Position numbers and translations under genes: made by a program. A stretch of DNA of 64,000 nucleotides from the NCBI RefSeq assembly GCF_006345805.1, contig NC_042998.1, positions 110,546,001 to 110,610,000 on the forward strand. The letters run 5' to 3'. Within the stretch, counting starts at the first letter, position 1, and every line of letters starts with the position of its first letter. This document shows, in pieces, positions 53,363-64,000 of this stretch. This stretch comes from Octopus sinensis (lineage: Eukaryota). Under the pieces are notes generated by a model. The model made no database searches. It saw nothing but the letters and a program-made list of their open reading frames with translations, and had not been told where the DNA came from.

Positions 53363-53370
<8 letters not shown>
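52551..53370 (+). repeat. ~70-bp identical direct repeat (52551 and 53298), each followed by (TA)n
   Basis: cagctatatgcatacgtacatatattttatatataattttcataaatatgtgtgtatgtgtggtgtatat occurs twice. Confidence 0.85.
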
Positions 53371-53402
<32 letters not shown>

Positions 53403-53404
53403 TA

Positions 53405-53770
53405 TGTAGGTCCCGGGTTGAGTCGGGGTTAACCACAGTAAATAAGGTACTCAATACATAGCAGAGTAAATTAATTTATTTTATAGAAGGAGCTTCTACA
53501 GGACTAGAACTGTTTCATTCAAAAGAAATCATCAGGAAGCTAGTAGACAAGAGTTGTTTTGGCATTTATACATTTAGGCAGGTTTAAATGGGTGGTGGTG
53601 GGGGACTTTTTGGGGGGTAGGCATGGCGCAAAACTGTCATTATTAGGGGAGTGGTCAAAGGAATCGGTGGTAAAGTAGATAAAAGAATAAATAAAAGAAT
53701 AAAAAAATAAAAAAATAAAAAAATATAAATAGAAAAATAGAGTTTTAGGTAAGTGGGGAGACTCTCACTT
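53405..53770 (-). mobile_element. Penelope-type pseudo-LTR fragment between (TA)n tracts
   Basis: Contains a hammerhead motif; otherwise non-coding; family assignment is inferred from the hammerhead and context. Confidence 0.5.
53491..53541 (-). ncRNA. Type-I hammerhead ribozyme
   Basis: AGCTTC-CTGATGA-T-TTC/TTTT/GAA-T-GAAA-CAG/TTCTAGTC/CTG-TA/GAAGCT; 6-bp stem I, 4-bp stem III, GUA site; predicted cleavage between 53497 and 53496. Confidence 0.7.
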
Positions 53771-54078
53771 GTACATCTACATATATATATATATATACAC
53801 ATATACACACCCGCATATTCACATATATCTATACATATACATACATACCCACATATACATACATGTACATATACATACATACGTACACATACATATACAT
53901 ATATATATACATATATCTACATATATATACACATACCCATGTACGTACACACAGATACACATATACATACATATACATACATATATGTATACCCACTCGC
54001 ACATATATATACATTTATGTATGTGTATATACACACACGTGTGTATATATATGTATATATATGTATATATATAAATAC

Positions 54079-54148
<70 letters not shown>

Positions 54149-54537
54149 TATATCATATATCATATATACATATACAATTGTGTGCGTCTGTGTATCCCCA
54201 TCTCTTTATTACTTACGCTTCTGTTTCTAGACATTCGTATAGCTTCAGAATTCTCACACCCTCAATATATATATTAATTTGCATGTGTATGTGCAAACAT
54301 ACGGATCAATCAATTTAAGTAGGTATCTAGACAATAACATATCTGTTTATGTGTCGCTATATGTAGTTCTTAATTTTCCCGTTATGCATCGAGTTAAATG
54401 GAATAATCACTTCATGTCATTAACGTTTGCACAAATAGTTTAGAACATTGAACAGAAAATTAAATTAATGTAATAATATGAACGATATATTTATGTACGT
54501 ATGTTAGTGTACATACGTACACACACACACACACATA

Positions 54538-54586
<49 letters not shown>

Positions 54587-54677
54587 GTATATATATGTAT
54601 TTATGTATGTATGTATGTGTGTAAGTATTATATATATCCATACATATATATATATATATGTTTGTATATATATATAA

Positions 54678-54721
<44 letters not shown>

Positions 54722-54800
54722 ATAGATACATATATACATATAAATACACACACACGCATACGCACACACACACACACACATATATATATATAAACATACA
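53770..54800. repeat. Extended degenerate (TA)n/(CA)n/(TACA)n low-complexity region
   Basis: Direct sequence. Confidence 0.9.
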
Positions 54801-55328
54801 TACATATATACACTGATATAACGCAATAATAATAACTATCAACACCATGACAACGATATTTTGCAAGCCCTTCAAGGATGTTAATTTAACGTAGGAAATA
54901 TATGAATTTGATAAAATGTTAAAAATTAAATAAACATGGAAAGTAAAAGTAATAATGATATCTTGAAATGTAACATTAAAATTAAAACACCGCCCATATG
55001 TATGCGCCAAAACCTTGGGTAAGGAAATAGGAGATAGAGCGACAGCTTTGTGCATTCATATGAAATGGTGTAGAAATTCATCTGAGGTATAACTAGACAG
55101 ACAGGCTGTTAATAACGTTGTTGTCCCAGGTTGCATGATCCACTTAAAATAGCAACCTTTTGATATTATACTGCAGTACGGAAGCAGTAATGCATTAAAC
55201 AACGTAATCATATCTAAAAATGGTTATGATCACTATAACTTGAAAACCTTTGACAATATTTCTTTTCGATTATCATCGAACTTTGTAAACAACAACAGCA
55301 TAATAATAATAATAATAATGATAATGAA

Positions 55329-55405
<77 letters not shown>

Positions 55406-55406
<1 letters not shown>

Positions 55407-56240
55407 TTCATTTATTTGCACCAAGGGTGAAGGATGAGGGAGACAATACAAAGACAGATATAAAGTGTTGAGGTTTACAAATAATGAAATGATAAAAAAA
55501 AATAAAAGAAATAAAGAAAGCTAGTATGTATACATGGCATACACTGAAAACGAAGGGACACGTGCATAGCATACAAATGTTTAAAAAAGTGGTGGGAAGA
55601 TGATAGAGATGTGGCCCTCCTTATGCAGGAGGGCCTCTAGGGATAATCGAGGAACCCTACTGTCCAAGATTTCCATGAAACCCCAGGAGCAAGTGCCCTC
55701 TCCAGTTCCTTCTCTCTTACAAATCTACACTTAGAGAGGTACCATTCACTATTGCTATTTTTGCAACTTTAACCCACCTTTCAATAAACTCACTCGAGGA
55801 CAGCACTTCCTTCTCCACTCTCATTTTCCTTTTCAATTGAATCTTGAAGAACTTTATGAGAGGTCTACCAAAGAGGATTGTATTTATCCTCATGCCTTTC
55901 AGCCTTATCCACCAAACAACATCTTTCGTCGCTGCCATCAGGCAAAGGAAAACTGCCTTGCCTGCCCGATTGAAGAATCACCGCGATGCAATCATCACTA
56001 CAGATTGGACTGACAGACGGATCCGTACCTCACGCGAGAACAGTTGTTCAACATAACTCCACAAGTCAGAAATGCTTGGACACTGAACGAGGGTGTGCTG
56101 AACGGTATCGTCACTCTGCGCGCATCTCGGACAAGCCCGTCTGACAGTGCATTCTGGTACGTAGATTTAATCGCGAACCGGTAGCCATCTCCGATAAGTA
56201 TACACGGTATACACAATAAAAGAAGGGACATATTTATAGC
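55406..56240 (-). mobile_element. 5'-truncated Tx1/L1-clade LINE (ORF2 C-terminal zinc knuckle + 3'UTR, (ATT)n tail at 55300-55405)
   Basis: Minus strand ACPRCAQSDDTVQHTLVQC..LWSYVEQL..AATKDVVWWIRLKG..FFKIQLKRKMRVEK..ERW; 3' end ..CCCTTGGTGCAAATAAATGAAA(TTA)n. Confidence 0.8.
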
Positions 56241-56344
56241 ATGCAAAGTAAAAGAAAAAAGGCGGGAGGAGGAAAAGAAGAAGAAGAGAAGAAGAAGAAG
56301 AAGAAGAAGAAGAAGAAGAAGAAGAAGAAGAAGAAGAAGGAGGA

Positions 56345-56603
56345 GGAGGTGAAGCCGGAGCAGCTGAAGGGTAGAGGGGTGCTTACCTTGCGTGCCCTTG
56401 GCAGTCGGGGTGACCAGGATGAGTAGGGCGCCCTGTTAACCCTACGTGGAACTCACCCTTACTCGGGAATTTTGTTGTTAGATTGTTAACTTTTTGTTGT
56501 TTTTATTATTTACATTCTCAGTTTTAAACCCCACATGTACCTTGTGCTGAATAGTCACTATATGTTATTGTGTTAGGGCCTTGTGACCAATAAAGAAAGG
56601 ATA
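56345..56603 (+). mobile_element. Probable 3'UTR fragment of another Tx1-type LINE
   Basis: Ends ggccttgtgaccAATAAAGAAAgg(att)n, the same terminal motif as the other Tx1-type tails. Confidence 0.5.
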
Positions 56604-56636
<33 letters not shown>

Positions 56637-56661
56637 GTTATTATTATTATTATTATTATTA

Positions 56662-56751
<90 letters not shown>

Positions 56752-56771
56752 CATTATTATTATTATTATTA
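56604..56771. repeat. (ATT)n tract shared tail-to-tail by two retroelements
   Basis: Direct sequence. Confidence 0.95.
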
Positions 56772-58075
56772 TCATTCAGTAATTTTATTTTTGTAGCGTG
56801 CTTTCACTTCACTACCGAGCGCAGCTCTGTGTGCCTTAGGTATGTGCTGTGATTTGTTGTGATGCTCTGATGGTTATTGTATGGAAAGTGTTCTGCGTAG
56901 GATGTGTACAGTGCCTAGTAGTGCAATTTTCTGTATGTTATATGTGTTTGTAAGTCCTGGTGTCTTTGTTATGTATTTGTTTGAATATTTTTTTATCATG
57001 CCTAATGCACCTACTATGATAGGAATTGTTTCTGTTTTTAGATTCCACATTCTGGTTACCTCTATTTCCAGGTCTTTGTATTTTGAAAGTTTCTCCATTT
57101 CTTTTAGAGACACGTTGTCATCAGCCGGTATTGATATATCAATTAGAAAGCATTTTTTTCCTTCATGATCTCTGACAACTATATCTGGTCTGTTGGCCTT
57201 AATTTCTCTGTCTGTGTGTATCGGCATATCCCAGAGTATGGTTGCTTTCTCGTTTTCTGTGACCTTTTCTGGTGTGTACCTATACCATCTTTCTTCTATT
57301 GTTATTCCATAATGTTGGCATAGCTTCCAGTTTATGTAGGTTCCAACTCTGTCATGTCTGTGAATATATTCCTTCTTAGCCAGGACTGGGCAGCCAGAGA
57401 TAATATGATTTATTGTTTCTTGTCCATTTCCACATATTCTGCAGTCACTTGTTATATTTTTTTTCATTACATGTTTTTGGTAATTTCTGATGGGGAGGCT
57501 TTGGTCTTGTGCTGCAATTAAAAATCCCTCTATATCTGCTTTGAGTCCTGAGCTTCTCAACCATTGCTGGGATTTTTCTTTGTCTTTTTCTTTTGCGTTT
57601 AGTTTAGTCCAGTATTTACCATGAAGGAGCTTTTCTTGCCATCGTTTTATCATGGTTCGTTGCTGTTCTATTTTTAGTTTGGATTTCATTTGTTTTATAG
57701 CTTTTGTTGTTTCTTCATCATCATCTTCTTCTTCTTCTTCTTCTTCTTCTTCTTCTTCTTCTTCTTCTTCTTCTTCTTCTTCTTCTTCTTCTTCTTCTTC
57801 TTCTTCTTCTTCTTCTTCTTCTTCTTCTTCTTCTTCTTCTTCTTCTTCTTCTTCTTCTTCTTCTTCATATTTATTAGGTGGTATGATTTCTTGTTTGTAT
57901 TTTTCAGCTTCCTTAAATACTGAGAACAGTTTTTTGATTTGCTCGTGTTTCGCCGCTATTTGTATCAGTTTTCCTTCCTTCTGAAGTAGATATTTTTGCA
58001 GTCCTATGGTGATAAGGCCTCTACCACCTTCTATACATTGTATATATAATCTTTCTATATCTGATTTTATTATTA
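56772..58075 (-). mobile_element. 5'-truncated Dong/R4-clade retrotransposon with an open C-terminal ORF (CCHC + PD-(D/E)xK restriction-like endonuclease)
   Basis: ORF 56874-58190: GGRGL..QWLRSSGLKADIEGFLIAAQDQ..CRICGNGQETINHIISGC..RHDRV..ANRPDIVV..LIDISIP..EKLSKYKDL..IVGALG; flanked by (TAA)n on both sides. Confidence 0.95.
57720..57866. repeat. (CTT)n tract inside the Dong ORF (in-frame poly-Glu)
   Basis: Direct sequence and ORF track. Confidence 0.95.
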
Positions 58076-58152
<77 letters not shown>

Positions 58153-58154
<2 letters not shown>

Positions 58155-58325
58155 GGTGGTATTTCGTCTGCCGATATTTTCTGTGTTCAAATTCCGCCGA
58201 GGTCGACTTTATCGTTTCGACTGCGAGAAATTAAGTACAGGTCAGGTTCTGGGGTCGATGCAACCGACTAAAACACCCTCCCCAGAATTCCAGATCTTGT
58301 GTCTATTGTAGAAAGGATTATTATC
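58153..58325 (+). mobile_element. SINE (partial)
   Basis: ttcaaattccgccgaggtcgacttt..aattaagtac..ctggggtcgatg..gaaaggattattat. Confidence 0.75.
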
Positions 58326-58934
58326 CTCACCCTAACACAGGTATTGTAATCACTCGTCTTTGTCTGTTGGCAAAATTACCGGAAAACGGCTGATCGATTT
58401 TTCTACATTTGGCAGAAATACTCATTGGATGAATATCTGGTTTGTTTATATTGGGTGAACATTTGGTTTGATTAGCTTGAAAAAGAAATCAAATTTAAAA
58501 GTAATCGAACTTACATATTTCCCGATAGACAAGTGGGCATATTAATTTGTTCACTTTCTTTTTCATATGAATTGACCCTCGTGTGCGTATGTATAGATCA
58601 TGGTGTACTTATGCGCATAGACGTTTGTGCGTACATACATACATAAGCGACTGTGTGTGTGTGTGTCTGTCTGTGTGTATATGCGTGTGTATGTGTATGT
58701 GTGTGTGTGTGTACAATGACGGATTCGACTATTTCGTTTATTTACGAGTTGATTTCTTAATTTCACCAGAGTATAAATACGTATAATGGTGATATTTAAA
58801 AAAAATTAATTCAGTTCACTTACAAAGCATGGGTAAGCCACACTATAATTTGCGAAAACATTTATCCGCGCACAGGTTATACATAGCTCCTCCGATGCAT
58901 TTTATGTTTTCGTTATGATTATTATTTTTATGAT

Positions 58935-59410
58935 TGGTCAGCTGGCAGAATCGTTAGCACCACCTGGTAAAATGCAATAACATTTCATCCATCCTTTCGT
59001 TCTAAGTTAAAATTCCGCCATGGTCAATTTTGCTTTTCATCCTTTCGGGTTCGATAAATTTAGTACCAGCTGAACACTGAGTCGATGTAATCGCCCTAAC
59101 TCCTCCCCAAATTTTCTGCGAAAATTTGAAAGGCAAGCTGGCAGAATCATTAGCACATCGGGCGAAGTGTGTAACGGTATTTCTGCAGTTACGCACTGGG
59201 GTCGATATAATCGACTTAATACCTATGTCTGTCCTTGTTTGTCCCCACTGTGTTTAGCCCCTTGTGGGTAATAAAGAAATAGGTATTTCTGAGTTCAAAT
59301 TCCGCCGATGTCAACTTTACCTGTCATCCCTTCGGGATCGATAAATTAAGTACTAGTGAAACACTGGGGTCGATCTAATCGACTGACTCCTCCCCCAAAA
59401 TTTCCAGGGC
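58935..59410 (+). mobile_element. Cluster of nested/tandem tRNA-derived SINEs
   Basis: Repeated agctggcagaatc(g/a)ttagcac heads, gagttcaaattccgcc B-box-like, cactggggtcgat bodies; 59186-59288 has a distinct tail ending aataaagaaa. Confidence 0.75.
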
Positions 59411-62400
59411 TAATAAGGAACTACACATCCACAACGACAATAGCATTAACAATAAAAACAATAACATGTACAACAACTGGTACTATTCTCGTCTGAGAGA
59501 ATTTTATGTCCGTTTTCTCAACCGCAAAGCTTCGCTTAACTCATTCTCAATCAGATATTTTATTATCGTTTTAATGGAACAATTCTGACAAAAACATCAC
59601 CGACGTCTACCGAATGCATGGATATCAACAAAATAATTGTTCTACATTGCTCCACATTTAACTACGCAGTTATAACACTGAAAAGAAATACTGAAATAAA
59701 TATACTGAGATAACTAGAAACAAGTAGATACATTATCATACAGAAACATGTACTTCGTAAACAGACACACTCATATAAACAACACTCATACATAAAGGTA
59801 TAATAAGCAAATAATTCTTTAGAGAAACCAATACGGCATTATTTGTAAGTATGTTTTCCTAAACAAATAAGAAAATAAATTTAGAACAATGCCATACAGT
59901 TCAATATTTTACAAGAATAAACAATGAAATATATACAAACGGCAAACGAATATTGTTGTTGATATCAAAATATTCTCTAAATTTGATTTAAAGAAAAACA
60001 TGTATATAGTTTTGAATAGCAGTGAGCAATGCATGGCTACCAGTATAACTTTAGGCCACGATATGCTTTGATATATATTTATAAATACATACACACACAC
60101 ACGCTCATTTAACGATGCATTTTGGTTCAGTTCGTTAGGCCACTTGTGTTTACAAGCGCGTTGTGTATTTGGACCAGGACTGGGTGTAGTATGGTCTGTC
60201 ACTCAGTAGCCTTCGGGGAGGAGGAGGAGGGGCTGCTGGGCGCGGTAACTCCGGTGTCTTGGATACCCAGGGGAGTCTTTCTATTCACACAATCATTTGA
60301 ATAATTATCAGGTTACATCATCGTAACGAATGAGAGTGGTTTTCTACAGGGTTTACTCCCGTGTTTGTTTAGTTGAGATTTTCATGTAAAGGGTCACCCC
60401 ATTTACAACACCAGCTCTAACTTGCTTGCTGCTCCAGGCTTAGGGACGCAATAACAACACACACACACACACACGCGCGCAAAGTTTATACCGGCACATT
60501 CAGAGTGGGGTTGGCACCATTTCTCTGAAATGTTCGCATGAACAGCTAAATGTTAGGTTTGATTTGAGAGAGATCTAACCGCTTTTCTATAATGCCGAGT
60601 GAGTTCCCAGGGAACCCATTGCTAACTTGTAATCACCTTCGGAGGATAAGCTCCGGGGGATCTACTGAGTTTGGCTGCCAGCATCAATTCTGTTCGAATT
60701 GATTTCATATTCAGTGTAATGATACACTTTTATAGGTTAATGGATGACGTGAAAATAATTTTCGCTATAAATAAATAATAATGAGTACGTCTTCATTAAT
60801 GAAACATCTCCAGTACTAAATAGGAAATATACATAGAAGGTGTCATACTACAATACCCACAGTTTATATAGTCACACAAATCCATACAAACCCAAACCCA
60901 TACACAGACACACACAAACAATCACACACAAGCAGACAGAGGTACACACAGATACACACACACTGACGCACACACACATACACACACAAACACAAATCAC
61001 ATACACAAACATACAAACATGAACGCACAAGCACATTGATATGCAGAATACATACATACAAACGTGCACACTGCATACAAATATATATGCTTACACACAC
61101 ATATAAGCATATACACATACATACACACATACATGCATGCATACATACATGCATACAAACGGGCACAATGAATACACGTGTATATATATACATACACACA
61201 CACAAACATGCATATATACATATGTGTATGCGCACGCATACTGAAGCACACACATGCACACAAAAAAGAATGCAGTTCTGATAGAGGACAGAATCAACTA
61301 CTATTAAAAAGTTTGCAAGACACAACGAAAATTTTAGTAAAAATGAATAAGTTAATGGGTGGAAATCAGACCGGTGAGTGTGTTTAAAAGGCACTAAAAG
61401 AGAATGACTCTCCCCAGACACAATAAATAAAGAGTTATTAACAATTGAAGTTTGAAAATATTGGGTAATTTTAGTCAATCGTAAGCCACAGATACATTCA
61501 TACTTGTTTCCCTCGTAACAAGCGGACAATAAGAAATCTTTTGTCTGCGAGAAAATACCTGTTGACAAATATATTGAAAGCAGTTGCTTTACGTATCTGT
61601 TTACAATTGGGCATGTGAACTTATTAACTGGTCCTCAAAGTGCTTTTTTTTAAAAATATTTAATTTGTTATGTGCTATTTTGTTTTTAAATAAATCTTTT
61701 AAGTTCGTGCTATTGCATCAAATGCATGGTGAATGCTTAAAACTAAAAAAATATGTTGTTTACTCATTTCTTTTTGTCACTATGGTAGTTGTGAGGTGTG
61801 CTAAAAATGATAGCTAAATAACGTTTTTTTTACAAAAATCTTTAAAGTTCGTGCTATCGCAATGTTTAAAACTACAAAAGACGTGTTGTTTACTCTTTAT
61901 TGACAACACATGCTATTTTCTGGATGTTGACAAATTGTGCAGTCACGCACAAAATGACAGCTTCTAAATATTGTTTCCTGACTGGGTGAAAATGGTCAAA
62001 TTTTAAACCTCTCGACCTTTTTAAAAACGTTTTTCAGGAAAAAGTGAAATAACTCTAGCAATTCAGCTTGGAAAGGTATAGTAATGTGCCAAATTTTAAA
62101 ATTTTTGATAAACTTTCGTTTTTGAAATGCTGGCAACCAAATGAAATAGATCCGCTCCGGGTACAAAAAATAATTAAGTAATATCACCACCACTGTTATT
62201 ATCACTATTCTTACAATTATTATTGTTGTTGCTTTTTTTGTAGCAATGTTGTTATACTTGTTACTTTCTAAGTTGTTGCTGGTTATGTTTTTGTATGTTT
62301 CTCTGGCTAGGCTATGTTCTGTAGCCGCAGAAAAAGTGGGAGTGGGGTCGATAGCCTGTATGCTATCGTTTTTATTAATTCCTGTGTCGTTGATTTTGTT

Positions 62401-62443
62401 GCTGTTGTTTTTGTCTTTCTGTGAGCTACCTTCTGTAGCCGTT

Positions 62444-62444
<1 letters not shown>

Positions 62445-62523
<79 letters not shown>

Positions 62524-62960
62524 TTTCCTTCTTTCTACAAATTTTCTTCCGTTTCTCGCCGAGTGTTTTCCGTACACCTAGGGCAGAGAAGCTCATTGTA
62601 TGCATTCCCAGATTACACACGAAAATTCACAGATAAATATGTATTTAAAAAGTTAATGAATAAATAAATTCATGAATGGGTGTTGTTTTCACAGCGATAA
62701 TGCTCTTCTCAGTACATAAGCCGTTCCAGTTAACACGATTTTTTGCACTTCCTGTAGGGATAGTAAGCCTGGTATCAATTAATAATTTCCTTTCTATTCC
62801 CCTTGATGCCTTCTGATACTATTCGCAAGGACCCAACAATAATTGGCACTATATTCACCTTCTTTATTTCCATAGCTTGGCTATTTCTTACCAAAGCGTG
62901 TTGTATTTATCTATGTTTTCGCCTTCCTTCTTGACTATTCATGGTTCAAAGGGGCATGTA
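62445..62960 (-). mobile_element. Old Dong-like 3' remnant with a (TAA)n tail (62445-62522)
   Basis: Minus strand IKKVNIVPIIVGSL motif (~62840-62890); 3' end ..GTAGAAAGAAGGAAAAA(TAA)n. Confidence 0.55.
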
Positions 62961-63030
62961 ACATCAACTATATAATATAGGATGTGCTTCTTGTCCACTA
63001 CCACCCTTATTATTATTGTTGTTGTTGTTG

Positions 63031-63098
<68 letters not shown>

Positions 63099-63132
63099 GT
63101 TATTATTATTATTATTATTTTTATTATTATTA

Positions 63133-64000
63133 TCTTTTAATTTGCATGTTCGTTATAATCACTTGCCAAGACATACTCAGCCTCCGGGGACGATTGAAGG
63201 ATAAGAGATGTTACAGTATGACTGAATCTTGGGGAAGAGAAATCGCAGGGGCAGTAGCAAAATATATTTATGTAATACAACACAGACATTTAAAATGGAT
63301 AGGGTTTTTCTAAGCATGAGGGCAGTACTTGTCAGCATAATCTTTTGGATTACTCTGAGATATGATTCTCCTGCAATATTGCATACATGTTTCTGAGATC
63401 ACTTCTTTATCATACCTGAGGCACCTACAATACCAGGAACAATTCTTTCTTTAAGATGCCTCATCTTTTGTATTTCAATTTCCAGGTCCTTATATTTATT
63501 TAATGTGTCAAATTCCTTTACTGATGTATTTTTTTATCAGTGGGAACATCTATTAGTCTACAAGTGTGTTCTTTCGTGTCTTTAATAATTATGTCTGGTC
63601 GATGAGCTTCGATCGTTCTGTCAGTATTGGCTGGAATATTCCAGAGGATATTGAGATTTTTATCTTTAACGACTGATTTGTGGTGATGTTCATACCAGTA
63701 AATAGGAATGCTTATTTTGTATTGTTTACATGTTTTCCCCATGTAAATACTGCCCTTCCCTGTCATGGCGATTCTTGTATTTCGTTTGGTGTCAGCACAG
63801 CACATCCCGAAACTGGATGGTCTATTGCTTCGTCAAAGGTGTCGCATAATCTGCATTTAGGATCAGTACCGTTTTGACTAGCGTTAGACTTGTAGTTCTT
63901 TGTAAACAGGCTTTAATATCCTGCCGCCAATATGAAACCTCCAGTCTCTTCTTTCAGCCCCGAACCTCTCAACCACTGATGAGTTGTTGCTTGGTCTATA
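63133..64000 (-). mobile_element. Dong/R4-clade retrotransposon 3' part (runs off the window end), (TAA)n tail at 63008-63132
   Basis: Minus strand WLRGSGLKEETGGFILAA..ILWNIPANTDRTIEAHRPDIIIKD..LIDVP..KYKDLEIEI..IVPGIVGASGMIK..IMLTSTALMLRKTLS. Confidence 0.9.

Noticed and set aside
60150-60700. Possible Penelope remnant (LQVSNGFP; CTGATAA..GAAAG on the minus strand)
   Set aside because: Similarity too weak to call without a database search.
61996-62577. 193-aa N/T-rich minus-strand ORF
   Set aside because: Built from (AAT)n and degenerate trinucleotide sequence plus a retroelement tail; no domain or splice support.

Overview
AT-rich, microsatellite-dense eukaryotic non-coding window. The repeat complement (Dong/R4, RTE, CR1-like, Tx1-like and Penelope-like retroelements, tRNA-derived SINEs, (TA)n/(CA)n/(ATT)n tracts) suggests a cephalopod (Octopus-like) genome; this is inference only. 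I found no convincing host-gene exon, and nearly all short ORFs in the track are microsatellite translations or antisense to decayed transposons. Two systems stand out. (1) A family of ORF1-only non-LTR retroposons (RRM-like region, CCHC knuckle, a conserved unrecognised C-terminal domain, no ORF2) is present as 4 divergent copies. One sits in a Gypsy LTR 30 bp downstream of the TATA box with a 9-bp TSD; three form a head-to-tail array abutting the R/U5 of another Gypsy LTR. All share a covarying 3'UTR hairpin and a 3' tail also seen on a Tx1-type LINE and a SINE. (2) A tandem ~596-bp non-coding repeat carries two intact type-I hammerhead ribozyme motifs (retrozyme / Penelope pseudo-LTR-like). 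Further hammerhead motifs, long hairpins and nested LTR elements occur elsewhere. All alignments and folds were done by eye; element boundaries are approximate unless a junction is quoted.
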